Virus record (IMG/VR): IMGVR_UViG_3300021066_000083
Span: 1 to 36,778 of that record
From: a virus
Lineage: Duplodnaviria > Caudoviricetes
Length of the DNA: 36,778 nucleotides
Strand: one strand, 5' to 3'
The notes under the pieces were generated by a model, which did not search any database, was not told the DNA's origin, and was given only the letters and a program-made list of their open reading frames with translations. Position numbers and translations under genes: made by a program. Below are positions 29,001-33,800 of this stretch, piece after piece; position 1 is the first letter of the stretch, and the number at the start of each line of letters is the position of its first letter.

Positions 29001-29003
29001 TAA
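11088..29003 (+). CDS. Giant polyvalent ejection protein (~5971 aa) in the T7 gp16 position
   Basis: ATG overlaps the upstream TGA; uninterrupted 17.9-kb frame with strong GC3 bias; recognisable ParB, P-loop kinase, ART, GNAT, HExxH and LPD38-like segments. Confidence 0.92.
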   Translation: MAENDDLDIPFGQHLDQPEGSRELVPVVKPTLRETQSPVEIDPDPNIGGLQIERRVNKRREQDDATDRSFLDTFGRWGYLEPEEKDQWAADTEAYAKEAQGYWGSISSIAKRTKAATGYDRVSGPLPGIGGAGLGLLDFAERKGAEMQAFYQRRELLAKAVAEGRAALPKYSLARNIVEETLKAGGDTAGSAIKGWGRGAGYAADASYGMTSEEERRQQRARMSFAGGMIAPEKAPTYAQEIVKAAGYAFERDTGSAEKAAEFVHRLSGKTLEHFGGFISEKAKELFPGDEARQEEFATKFAAGTGSMITFWGTGLTAYFLTRAGPKTLIRTADETGGKWASEFAPEYMSKELAQKTAKNQAAAVSGATGAMMQGESAAQEAEFYRDELGRSVSQRDIMMTYLLNLPGGASEALPIAKLFANPTGSAIKNVIEQAIEEGGQEFGQQVLQNLIAQQYYDPSRTWDDGAWEGAAIGLMLGAGMESARAAYEKGKVQLGTREPATTGADGETVEGAPETEKAPKPGETLDGTEQPSSDAGGAAKPVREAKLGRKGVVTDVEPIPAGPEEDQPVAAMTQGAPQGEDLATDAADADLNEDFANLMGGAVSVEEIRAFGDGGDAVSVTGVPADQGGVEPSENLTENTGQIAGVGAEQGENSPELDGLRAELDGMKRKAQLIARAEAAGIELPDEVTDQPIETLRGSILNALANKDTARRQVLAGRSPIEDVSEVVTPDGSMKLKVKTELVELSDLTALKKQSDLQPRDRTTKESEAQVKNRAANMDVARLMPRRVSSGGAPIVMADGTVLSGNGRVLSLNEVYNNPELKAKADEYRAALPPEAAGMRAPVLITRIVDEPDRKQLARFADLSNRPGMGQLSASEKGLRDAKMAGEAIMGLYQGGSFTAPQNRDFYRAFLDNVIVASERGSVSREGMLTKEGEDRMSAAVLAAAYGDPQLLVRMLESTDDSIRSVTGAMRDAAGAVLRLKAAIASGEASPQFDITPQIVEVAKRIGDLRERGIKPAAFLAQLDAFTQLDPIVETLLRAFYNDNLARTLSREKLTEVITRYADEAAKHAEGGLIPDETRPQDIIVQAREKALVAERLAALQGDIFESRAGAAGRDTAGDGGAAAGQGTAAGGARPGTEIDDALKGAFVQILAGKAPRADWAAQLGVDEKTLGALEKWAISGGLLRQAANGQVRRTGAAKLQAAKPQAQQDVEQANDQLAERERAARAFMQTPEWLGAAAEVGVDTTQQPGYLTDEWKANRQYMAADGSIIRGYEAVIAHQYAKAKSEVKGGPRYEKKAYIVIGLPAAGKSGLSERIRDIQGAVIVDGDDFKPMIPEYGGGWNSSGVHEEASKLSKELLAEASLDGINLIVPKLGSSDASISRPAQVLRDHGYTVHLIYVDVPKAVAMERAIKRWRSTGRTVPLSIYDELRAGEVYGSLKTNGAVDEAAVIQWVEPSGWAVTDHTQNLAGLRGAISGDSAVGQPPVGGPSVDARPAGRAARGAGAAQEAARAPEPVNPRGNGGVSLAVSPGERIERAARGRRIAPALIDYATRLDAALGTPEFGPILAELKADKTVKKDDAVDVAGLILGTTLPRSTTKKAAFQSIERRNWSHVRTAQRLPHIGDVFSAVLELPAGVWAIKSRSNEFARNFDGSVIAFATKAEAEAYNNRRGSQLDDAHEMIESLFDDMTMYSAVLGAPRRRYYHGSKAAGVTQLDAARAGSNTPSPNTVLGAFLTSDKGFATAYGPNVTPFDVDLANPLTITAPKGYPPDPTAAIDDVVARALGKPINKLTREDFASWRDGLITKGHDGILVENPHKGIDNVVVFDAKKAKPATPTLASMVGEQAAAYPPGVQTFGPPPFDPGELQKVAGSKNGVSLLRGTKSYYFPHERFYWMMLEGQAEPVGYIGMNREGRDDGDAQENKPYAQRQGGRWMVDAVEVNKDFRGKGLAQSAYDLVEKDLGIKLAPSDALSDDGYKLWKKRDPAAIAGYQKLSGMWVPATTFAERVAAGKTIRAFHGMSGALEGGRFDVDRAGQNFGDDAGIFFTTDPREAGTWGESADFIPERGAAVVPADVTFHNPLRVSAAGHANGPADYWWNHKSYLLPQAHKGGHDGVIVTGNPGTGAMLVALSPNTVRSPLVPDLTLFSMMGPSPAELAGTSPLANPRSDTDPELVALLKEALGDDFIAAREDDGGAGAAGEDRAAAEGRSAAPADAGQGGQLDGSAASKKRPVPERVRFRAFDKVLGGKYAPEKVKARAKAQGFTVEGWHGTRAPQIDVPRVAPTYEQGDSSDFGFHVAIGRPNAANRIVGVKPGLFSKFLSALQGDSATANEQLYGGMGPANILPVRLNAHKPYRMVDIGRWDTAFQWEAALGDARFANTKLGKQPGTKKIFAVVLEHVERYNKRVGRNTASFDGEDFVAVNENGAWVKKPKTKAQQQVSVSDLNREFQRDLVAALEAEGYDSVIYANDIEDAGKDSMFVWDAARVRSAYDMFDERAIGKPGTLASKEFVDQDIRDALNAIALEEGLSGETLFSFIGDQGAKALALADRPAAQEAIALAEQLEADGADRDGIWDATVELLAAKDPELIGAFRGADGMWRVEAADTGFGLTPRAVGMMNDQWDVKSLGRFNKTFGYMPAPLGNFISHPTVFAAYPKLAARTAYLGTVDPESPTDGGGAQEVGADIEKYDYGIELLARSVAQLNSFNAHEIQHLIQFIEGFASGGNTRTAPAAFQRQITDVMLGGEATDPRFPHDLIDFNDLLASLRELKADGVDVRQHPFAKGASTILFQLYQRLAGEVEARNVQARLAMTVEERRAVPPWHTEDTPQAQQIPITQDERLGHAARQIAGVSSWDSEAMQEAAAKLRWFTLGKAVTAWFTLGLPPREATVSNVENVVDRAVEPQFTDPAPANDTAPALNDNDRVLLRLLPALESDPLRIAPVSQELARQLEAEIKKALPPEIGVRVVDRLRIAGHSALGASNAGQRILAVSLAQGIGVARETARHEIIHMARELHLFTEVEWQALVNEAKRQLVAQQITMRLADGQIVADMDAYRTAYRAQLEGLGYAGAPLEARLQEMLDQELVAKLAETFIDGARTGTPLDQLLERLSRFFEAVLNAWRGAGLISPRDVLSKTFSGELAQRAAAEARAKEAELLPPGLQELLDDVRLSGRGMPFPVTARGDFVAASMVGYHGSSADFEGFEWEKIGGGEGSTSYFTPGIHYFAYGHNFASAPNVAREYHRTFGRVVYDGRAHDPNNPAHRAADLLLQYNNDREAAIQAAIDEAAYQDQQRAQAPFLDRASRSWHGERARLAREAEAKLRHNAEAKLSKTGGVYEARLDVDAEALLDLDTPLARQSPRIQSFAKEVIDGAMKRLEAHGHKQTLEAIKDGTVNGFHLIRIMGGPIEAVSKQLDAAGIKGVRYADQYSEAAPGTPNYVVFDDKLITITAKNGKPVPEAARQRAIDGGSVPLGPGDVTFASYVAYHGTPNDWTPERRVRLADGKEIYVGLAEPLPPDATVIKEYPAGRVDLSKIGTGEGAQAYGPGFYAADKLGVAKSYYDTLSKRKRVRRAIVRLDGETSGEYADKRLEKMQAQLGKLPPYDAAEHQRWHTIAAEMAFLSADRAIAQPHYSLVPAVKRAMARGGGPKAYYPEALKGMVPVDSRQPLAVQAAAYLDGYSHLPNARAAALINQREQINAAVSALTPLGFSREDKIERAAIQARIERNRQLIQIIEAGGEAKGIPATEIIAKLTEFEKARDLTEAIAAHEAGDNPPDLRFDNATLRESGIAMLEEYESADAFIREHGYYDKHSVHALAAEEVRQLARDNRLTWEPLPDSKSGGLYKLDIKVDDSQILDWDLKISQQHPKVQAALKQANIVSPASGNWLQRILNAGRDDTPPAAKVIRDKQAMNPAGLRKALADNGIKVIRYLDGTSRAKGAGSYNYVVLDEEVVDVVAKNGEVVGDDFRKGLMQKARESALAASPMGAAFLAQVTAENPGASPFDWVQGAIQRANLEADRYERGTPAHQDAIGALASLRRVEATYLSGVLEMGGEPRLRRAEAQGFDTSTVYYHGTGAKFDRFNPAKQHRNSDAEYSAVFVTEDPKFADLFAEAAYAPSPQTGVPRTLALYVRTPQRADLTSEADLNRIAAALAARLSVARERETSVEDARQQLVQHIADGRLEWAYGFGVAAAQDAGFDAVPLHDSYGPSLAIFDPSNIRSVDAEFADGTENSDLLMASAVLDEQTLKGLDGLAAKIETGTPSSRAATKSGTKPGDVKALGDLIADIKDAIGMTATQGRYGFTVTDRTAGPEQNRPPRSWRFRPQSNLRGQYDMRAGVARYRLATDIEAIAHEGGHHLERLFGGDLRQVTDAHRRELLDYAARGAIPAAPDRPVPAMPETGYSGLDLDADAQRILVEASSAWSTLSAAQTLPAGSPVHQIATNKFGRYSEELAHRVGAQIAEALIQEVASKTLPNTRIDYVRQRFSATGTPRPAPKDLRTSMSEGFAEFFREYVTDPNRAARFAPGFYQAFEDFLDVEGPQLLEKIERLQIVTTAKEYEQYLQATTVDRGVADLVTNADYRWSAKWKALKETLADMGQAETISGKAAEIYAGAVDEVHPWYVAVKNLLLQRDENDADVHKRAVANAQKLGLPIPETPRAASLAVHENPYKLIRAIGDSFKTGLRWIQDGMPHYRRADGPRSASLWDALNLVMSGKWDNDAYQKFGVYLESRRAVEEWKLWEAKRVEMANLDRRIATARGQLSALREQRRKAEAMLERRSKATTGNEAVARELDRQLQKLITQEAGLVLALQEGQVATPGMQDGQVVRVHAQLADVRRQLNALEARRGDVLTRALGVEGDAATLSDQVDRLNEAILKRESAIEQASERRDELHNNGLQRAPHRVSQAEHEARIAALETENGNFGQAAEHVYAFLWATAVHDFEAGRLTQAELDYRKTRRHFYVPFARDLSDIIEERGFGGRSTTRRFQKDKAFAGSDRAIVNPIETIIDQMFHRAAATHFNDTVKALATLADNTGPGGNAIAERVEKSALLAANADGFAKLEGHLMSLGYSQEDAREMVKRVESDFGDTQLLLTWAPENMGAKRPLLLPLWENGERKFVRINDPEFAKAVHESVNGIGREMSGLIMDWAAAPATWLRLGITTNPTFVIPNIIRDMFAAFQITGSIMDPRTWPVITQARGLYHELRQTDMARLYQEVAGIMGGQNVAALSKVRDKMDVMQLQDRGLRIKPMRLLIAGGIGATAGFALAGPAGSLFGAFLGAGLHRAGKSGTNFWETMALFSDMSETATRLGVFTTAFDAAKSYNPQLTKFQAAQEAAYVARDLIDFGRRGSKMLAASRLVPFLNANIQGLDKTVRTLATARSDRGASLSPTKMAAAVAAGAGVGMAAGPIGAAVGAVVGPAVAAQFASRSEKVRRLLAPFYKRNSGLKLSRDEERALADSAKAWMNLLLYTAFLLSFRWLYDDDDEYKMIEPKLKYRAQPVKVGDEWGGIPKAFEWSIPATIIEAAIDAQLDSDPRLKERIIGALYENAVPPLPIPQGFTLWSDIRSNFDARRGRPIVPSFMQNRPPQEQYNAYSSKFAMWLARQINENAALKAGVEAQGRKLFGVDRFQVSPLLIDYAISTGGGYWGKDVQKLSNFAGEVGPRSGRVTEWPIIGTLLQRLSIDPYRANDAKEGYWKRMAQFGGTFMVAAGGYDSILKDRSQEAANQFLATLPEEERAFALVMAQEDTKKRRLHPFKRMADVYDATKDISQEIIAGRLEDTSVKSDPKRIVLAPDKAFEVLNALEQLQGIEMTNTMIALKIDQFAARKPLDTAPALALLQAASPAVAAELQERYKRKHVVDYADAVKEWPLIKDELMEEWEASMAGGNAALPNAKPRKMRLGGPPADPRGKWEDSGTTRRAPGADSQDWVDRLPAITGGRDRPSPMPVLPGQVTRDDDAGGVYHPDVMLDQQGQPTDEF
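13263..13700 (+). other. DdrB-like ParB domain within the giant protein
   Basis: ELVELSDL...LQPRDR...GAPIV..DGTVLSGNGR.L.L...YRAAL...MRAPVLITRI...FADLSN. Confidence 0.8.
13856..13871. promoter_or_regulatory. parS-like site
   Basis: TGTTTCACGTGAAGGG, 13/16 to the consensus TGTTTCACGTGAAACA, inside a run of A/T-ending codons. Confidence 0.45.
14272..14604 (+). CDS. Nested +1-frame small ORF A (110 aa) inside the giant gene
   Basis: GGAGGT at 14255-14260 before ATG. At ~14400-14520 about half of the main-frame codons end in A/T while the nested frame reads AAQALLAGILQGTGARRQDKALQLAGLDLEQ with preferred codons. Candidate promoter TCGAGA-17-TACAAT (14188-14216). Confidence 0.55.
   Translation: MPTKPPSTRKAGSSPTRPARKTSSSRPARKPSLPKGLPPSKATSSKAAQALLAGILQGTGARRQDKALQLAGLDLEQKSTMPSKAPSSKSSPEKPHVRTGRLNSGSTKKR
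14982..15450 (+). other. Zeta-toxin-like P-loop kinase domain within the giant protein
   Basis: Walker A GLPAAGKS (14997-15020), VDGDDFKPMIPEY, VHEEAS, GYTVHLIYVDV...A.ERA..R...TGR.VP. Confidence 0.85.
15340..15368 (+). promoter_or_regulatory. Internal sigma70-type promoter for nested ORF B
   Basis: CTGGAC-N17-ATATAT, 5/6 + 5/6 to the rhizobial RpoD consensus CTTGAC-N17-CTATAT, in an otherwise very GC-rich coding context. Confidence 0.6.
15394..15660 (+). CDS. Nested +1-frame small ORF B (88 aa), candidate antitoxin of the zeta-like domain
   Basis: SD AGGAG (15383-15387) 6 nt before ATG, with an upstream promoter. At 15540-15660 about 22 of 40 main-frame codons end in A/T while the nested frame (LWADQVSTRDQLEGLHEALERRKKLRERQ) uses preferred codons. 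TAA stop arises from a rare main-frame GTA codon. Confidence 0.7.
   Translation: MAPSKPTARSTKPPSSNGSSPVAGPSPITPKTSPDSGEPFPVTAQWGSPLWADQVSTRDQLEGLHEALERRKKLRERQSPSTPEETEA
16185..16570 (+). other. ADP-ribosyltransferase-like module 1 (ART-PolyVal type)
   Basis: YYHGS...GAFLTSD...A.AYG..V....V.L.NPL...GHDGILV...VVVFD. Confidence 0.8.
16740..17030 (+). other. GNAT acetyltransferase domain within the giant protein
   Basis: VDAVEVNKDFRGKGLAQSAYD acetyl-CoA motif; LSDDGYKLWKK. Confidence 0.75.
17124..17495 (+). other. ART-like module 2
   Basis: AFHGM...GIFFTTDP.EA..WG...VVPADV.FHNPL...GHDGVIV...VALSPNTVRS. Confidence 0.8.
17632..17847 (+). CDS. Nested +1-frame small ORF C (71 aa) between ART modules 2 and 3
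   Basis: AAGGAGG SD 9 nt before ATG. About 24 of 41 main-frame codons end in A/T while the nested frame reads MTLLPHEKTTAALALLAKIEQLPKGDPLRRQMLVKAASLMG with preferred codons. TAA stop from a rare GTA codon. Possible -35 CTTGCA at 17568-17573. Confidence 0.72.
   Translation: MTLLPHEKTTAALALLAKIEQLPKGDPLRRQMLVKAASLMGPPPPKSAPSPSGSASAPSTKSSAASTRRKK
17856..18570 (+). other. ART-like module 3
   Basis: AKAQGF...GWHGT...FGFHV...NILPVRL...GYDSVIYANDIED...SMFVWD..RVRS..D.FD. Confidence 0.78.
18681..19560 (+). other. LPD23-like domain with HExxH motif
   Basis: GAFRGADGMWRVE..D; HP.VFAAYPKL; HEIQHLIQFIEGFASGGN (19203); YQRLAGEVEARNVQARL. Confidence 0.8.
19950..20510 (+). other. Zincin-like metallopeptidase domain 1
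   Basis: ILAVSL...TARHEIIH (20091)...QELVA. Confidence 0.65.
20643..21430 (+). other. ART-like module 4 (GxGEG subtype)
   Basis: GYHGS..DFEGF...KIGGGEG...YGHNFA...GGVYEARL...LLDLD.PL..QS...L.AAGIKGVRY.D...NYVVFDD. Confidence 0.75.
21516..22950 (+). other. ART-like module 5 (GTGEG subtype) with a large helical insertion
   Basis: AYHGTP...DLSKIGTGEGAQAYGPGFY.A...GGLYKLDI...ILDWD..ISQQ...GIK.IRYLDG.SR..G.GSYNYVVLDE. Confidence 0.78.
23244..23755 (+). other. ART-like module 6
   Basis: RAEAQGFDT..VYYHGT...FDRF...AVFVTEDPKFA..FA...LYVR...GFDAV...AIFDPSNIRSVDAEF. Confidence 0.82.
24050..24670 (+). other. Zincin-like metallopeptidase domain 2
   Basis: LRGQYD...AIAHEGGHHLE (24123)...SEGFAEFFREYV.DP..A...APGFY..FE. 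Confidence 0.7.
26400..28200 (+). other. LPD38-like C-terminal region of the giant protein
   Basis: LRLGITTNP.F...NIIRD.F.A; E.ATRLG.F; ARDLIDFGRRG...LVPFLNANIQGLDK; DDDEY..I...K; IPKAFEW; GRPIVP. Confidence 0.75.
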
Positions 29004-29007
29004 CAGC

Positions 29008-29016
29008 TTATCCACA
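29008..29016 (+). promoter_or_regulatory. Perfect DnaA box
   Basis: TTATCCACA, 4 nt after the giant gene stop codon. Confidence 0.35.
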
Positions 29017-29036
29017 GGGCGCGAATCGCGTACCTC

Positions 29037-29079
29037 AAGGCCTTGTGCTGGCGTTCGCCCGCACGGGGCCTTTTCATTT
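29037..29079 (+). terminator. Rho-independent terminator after the giant gene
   Basis: AAGGCCTTGTGC...GCACGGGGCCTT stem followed by TTCATTT. Confidence 0.7.
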
Positions 29080-29089
29080 GGGGGAATGA

Positions 29090-30388
29090 ATGACCCGCAA
29101 CGCCGTCGAGCCGCGCATCGTCTACGCCGGCAACGGAGTTGTCGACGAGTTCTTCATCGGCGACGATACCGCCGAGCCCATCCCTTTCAGCCAGGATTCC
29201 GACATCGTCATCCAGGAGCGCGACGCCGACGGCGTCATCACGCTGCTGGAGGAGGAGAGCGGCTACATCATCTCGGAGACGGAGAGCGGCCATATCGCCA
29301 CCCGCGTCGCCGGGGCGCTGCCCTCCGGCTACAAGTGGTCGATCCGCCGCGACACCGACCTCTCCCAAGAAAGCGACGTCTCGACGATCGGCTCGTGGAC
29401 GGCGGCGCGGGTCACGGTCGCCGAGACCTTCGACCGCCTTGTCGAGCAGATTCAAGACGTCGACAGCCGCGCCATGCAAGGGCTGCGGCTCGACGATTTC
29501 GACGTCGCCTATGACGGTGGCGGCAAGCAAATCCGCGACATCGCCGCCGGCACCATCGCCTCCGATGCCGCCACGTATGGGCAGCTGCAGGCGGTGATCG
29601 TCGACGCGATCACCAACTTCTCGATCGGCGGCCTCGACCCGCTCGTCTCGATCGACATGGCCAACGATCGGCTGATCATCTATGACTGGTCGGCTGGCCT
29701 GCACAAGTCGCTGACCCCCAATGCGTGGCTGGACTTGTTCGACCTCCAGCCGGCCTCCGCCAATCTCGATAGCTGGGCGGCGGTCTCCCCCGCCAGCTAC
29801 TACACGTCCTCCCAGGTCAACGCGCTGGCGGCGCAGATCGTCCCCGTCGGCGTGATGTTCGATTGGCCCGGCACCACCGCTCCGACCGGCTGGCTGTTCT
29901 GCTACGGGCAGGCGATCTCGCGCGTCACCTACAGCGTCCTGTTCGCCGTCATCGGCACCACTTTCGGCGCCGGCGACGGCTCCCTCACCTTCAACCTGCC
30001 CGACGCGCGCGGCCGCGTCATCGCCGGGCGCGACGACATGGGCGGCGCCGCCGCCAATCGCCTGACCGGCCTCTCGGGAGGCGTTGCCGGCACGCTCGGC
30101 GCCGTCGGCGGCGGCGAATCCGACACGCTCACCGTCGCCGAGCTGCCCATCGTCGACATGGACAGCTTCATGGCCGACCCGACGCACCGTCACAGCTTCT
30201 CCGGCCCGGTCAACAACGGCAACGTGCAGTCGGGCGGCGGCGAAAACGTTTCCGACATTCTCAGCGCCGGCAACACGGCGTTTGTCGCCACCGGCATCAC
30301 CTTCACCGCCTTCGGCTCGGGCGAGGCCCACAACAACGTGCAGCCGACCCTCGTTCTCAACAAGATCATCTACACCGGGGTGGCGTGA
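29090..30388 (+). CDS. Tail fibre 1 (432 aa): N-terminal tail-anchor domain plus phage tail collar domain
   Basis: N-terminal YAGNG...F...IRRDT.LSQE...ETFDRL...IQ anchor as in T7 gp17-type fibres; collar motif VPVGVMFDWPGTTAPTGWLFCYGQAISR.TY..LFAVIGTTFGAGDGS.TFNLPDARGRV; C-terminal HNNVQPTLVLNKII. Confidence 0.88.
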   Translation: MTRNAVEPRIVYAGNGVVDEFFIGDDTAEPIPFSQDSDIVIQERDADGVITLLEEESGYIISETESGHIATRVAGALPSGYKWSIRRDTDLSQESDVSTIGSWTAARVTVAETFDRLVEQIQDVDSRAMQGLRLDDFDVAYDGGGKQIRDIAAGTIASDAATYGQLQAVIVDAITNFSIGGLDPLVSIDMANDRLIIYDWSAGLHKSLTPNAWLDLFDLQPASANLDSWAAVSPASYYTSSQVNALAAQIVPVGVMFDWPGTTAPTGWLFCYGQAISRVTYSVLFAVIGTTFGAGDGSLTFNLPDARGRVIAGRDDMGGAAANRLTGLSGGVAGTLGAVGGGESDTLTVAELPIVDMDSFMADPTHRHSFSGPVNNGNVQSGGGENVSDILSAGNTAFVATGITFTAFGSGEAHNNVQPTLVLNKIIYTGVA

Positions 30389-30864
30389 TGGACATCGACG
30401 ACATCAAGACGATGAGCGTCTCCATTGCCGAGCGCACCATCGCCATCAATGGCGAGGGCTATGTCTGCCTTGCCGGCTACTTCAATGACCTCGACCCCAA
30501 CCTCAAGGCGCTGCAGTGGCACCCCGAGCGGCAAGGCCGCTGCAAGGGCACGATCTTCCGCCACCAGGGCGGCAGCCATGGAATCGACGACTTCGCTCCG
30601 CTGCTGCGCTTCATTCAAGCGTGGGAAGACGGCAAGGCGCGCAAGCTCGCCGCCGTCGCCTTGGCCCACGCCGAGGCGGCGGGCGCCTTCACCCCGGCCG
30701 GCTTGGCACTGGCCGCGGCCGAGGCGCGCGGCATCGCCGGGGCCGTGTTCGTGACGCCCAAGCAGTTCACCGCCTTTGACGCCAGGATGCGGCTTGTCGA
30801 GCGCGTCGCCGACGAAGACGGCGCCACGCTCGGCTACGTCGTGGTCCCCGAGGAGGCGCCATGA
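30388..30864 (+). CDS. Hypothetical protein, 158 aa, possible tail fibre assembly chaperone
   Basis: Translationally coupled at both ends; ALQWH...G.I motif; lies between two fibre genes. Confidence 0.6.
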   Translation: MDIDDIKTMSVSIAERTIAINGEGYVCLAGYFNDLDPNLKALQWHPERQGRCKGTIFRHQGGSHGIDDFAPLLRFIQAWEDGKARKLAAVALAHAEAAGAFTPAGLALAAAEARGIAGAVFVTPKQFTAFDARMRLVERVADEDGATLGYVVVPEEAP

Positions 30865-33800
30865 CCCGCAACGCCGTCGAGCCGCGCATCGTCTACGCCG
30901 GCAACGGGTCGGCCGACGACTTCAATCTCGTCGACGACACGTCGGAGCCGATCTATTTCCGCGACAATTCCGACATCGTCATCCTGGAGCGCGACGACGA
31001 CGGCAACGTCACCACCCTGGTCGAGGGCTCCGATTACGATCTCACCGGCGGTCCCGACAACGGCGTGGCGACGCGCACCGACGGGGCCTTGCCCAGCGGC
31101 TACAAGTGGTCGATCCGCCGCCAATCGGAGCTGAGCCAAGAGACCGACATCGCCTCGGTCGGCGCCTGGAGCGCCGCGCGCGTCGTCATCGCCGATATGT
31201 TCGATCGCACCATCGAGCAGCTGCAGGAGGTCAATGACAAGGCCGAGCGGGCGCTGAAACTCGACTATTTCGACGTTGCCTACGACGCCACTTCCAAAAA
31301 GATCATCAACGTCGCCTCCGGCACCTTGAGCCATCACGCCGTCAACTACGGGCAGCTGCAGACGGCGACCATCGACGGCGTCTTCGACTTCTTGGGGCTC
31401 GACGTGCTCACCGTCTACGACGGCGGCGACCTCTTGCTCCTCTACGACGTGTCCGAGGAAGAATTCAAGCAGATCACCACCGCCAACTTCATTGCCGAGA
31501 TCATCGCCGACGGCGGCTTGACGATCGGCGAGGATGTGCAGGCCTGGGATACGCACCTCGACCAGATCGCCGCCCTCACCCCCACCGACAACAACATCAT
31601 CGTCGGCAACGGCACGGCCTGGGTCGCCGAATCGGGCGCCACGGCGCGCACCTCGCTGGGCATCACCACCGGGGCCACCGACAACGCCGTGCTGCGCGCC
31701 GACGGTGCCGGCGGGTCGACCCTCCAGTCCTCTGGCGTGCTGATCGACGACAGCCACAATCTCTGCCCGGTGACGTCCGACGCCGGCGGGCTGGGCACGG
31801 CGCTGCTCATGTGGGCCGATGCCTTCTTCGCCTCCGGCGCCGTCATCAATTTCAACAACGGCGACCTCACCCTGACGCACGCCGCTGACACGTTGACGCT
31901 TGCCGGCGGGTCGCTGGTGCTGCCCAGCGCCGGCCTCACCGTCGGCGCCTCCGTCCCCTTCTCCGACTCGGCCGGCACCTTGACGCTGCAAAACGTCGAC
32001 GCGCTCGACGCCACGACGGAAGCGACGATCGAGGCGGCGATCGACACGCTGGCGAACCTCACCTCGATTCAAGGGCACACGGTCACCTTGACGGGGGCGT
32101 TCATTCGCGCCGGCGCGCATTCGCTGACGCTGACGACCACGGCGACCACCGACGTGACGCTGCCGACGACCGGGACGCTGGCGACGCTCGCCGGGGTCGA
32201 AACCTTCACCAACAAGACGCTGACGGCGCCGAGCCTCACCGGCACGGTGGCGCTCGCCTCGGGGCTCGTCTTCAACTGGAACAGCGGCGACCTGACGCTG
32301 ACCCACAGCGCCGACACGCTGACGCTCGTCGGCGGCAGTTTGGTGTTGCCGTCTGCCGGCCTGACGGTGGGCGCCTCGGTGCCCTTCTCCGACTCGGCCG
32401 GCACCCTCACCCTGCAGAACATCGACGCCATCGACACGACGACGCGCGACACGCTGGAGGCGGCGCTGGAGCTGGCATTCGATACGCTCGACAGCCTCAC
32501 CTCGATTGTCGTCACCAACACGGTCAACACAGCGCGCTTCATCAACAACGCCGATTCGGCCTCGGTGCAGGTCGCCCGCTTCGAGGGCGACCGCGCCAGC
32601 ATGGCCGACAACGATGAGGCCTACCTGTCGTTCATGCTGTCGAACGACGCCGGCACGCAGACCGAGATGGGCCGCTTCACCTGGGTCGCGACCGACGTCA
32701 ACGTCGCCACCAGCGTTGACAGCCAGCTCGAATGGGACGTCGCCATCGCCGGGACGCTGACCCGCGCCCTGGTCCTCAACGGCACGAACCTCGCCTCCGG
32801 CACCAACGACCTCATCGCCCTCGGCGTCTCGGGGACGGCCTTTGCCGATTTGTTCCTCGCTTCTGGCGGGGTCATCAACTGGAACGCCGGCAACGCCACC
32901 CTTACGCACTCGGCGGGGCTGCTGACCACCAACGTGCCGCTGACCATCACCGGGCTCGCCACCGCCGGCGGCTTTTCGCCGACGGAGACCACGGCGGCCG
33001 GCAATCGCATGTATCTGCCGGCGGCCAATACGCTCGGCTGGTCGATCAACGGCAGTGGCGAATTGCAGCTCACCGCCACGGCGCTGTCGCCGATCACCAA
33101 TGACGGCCAAGCGCTCGGCGTCGCCTCGACGAATATGTGGGCCGATGCGTTCTTTGCTTCTGGTGCGGTGCTCAACTTCAACAACGGCGACGTGACGGTC
33201 ACGCACGCCACCAACGCCCTCGCCTTCGCCGGCGCTTCCTCCGGCTACACCTTCGACGCGGCGGTGCTGCCGTCGGCCAACGACATCGGCGCCCTCGGCG
33301 CCTCGGGGCAGGCGTTTGCCGATCTGTTCCTTGCCGATGGCGGAGTCATCAACTTCGACGCCGGCACCGCGACGATCACCCATGTCGGGGCGTCCAACTC
33401 TTTGACCATCGCCGCCGACACCGGCAACGCACTGGGCTCGACCCTTATCACCTTCGCGCTCGATGGCGCCAACGAGCTGCACATTTCCAGCGCGGCGCTC
33501 TATCCGGCGTCCGACGATGGGCTGGCCCTGGGCATTGTCAGCACCAATCAATGGGCCGACTTGTTCCTCGCCACGGGCGGCGTGATCAATTGGGCCAACT
33601 CCGACGTCACCGTCACGCACAGCGCCAATCTCCTGGCGTTCGCCGGATCGACCGGCGGCTACACCTTCGATAACTTGGCTATTGTCGGTCACACCACCTC
33701 GCTGGCGGTCGGCGGCACCGCCCGCAACCTGCAGGTCTGGGGCACGACGGCGGCGACCGGCGGGCTGTCGCTCGGCGTCGCCAGCGCTACGGCCGGCACG

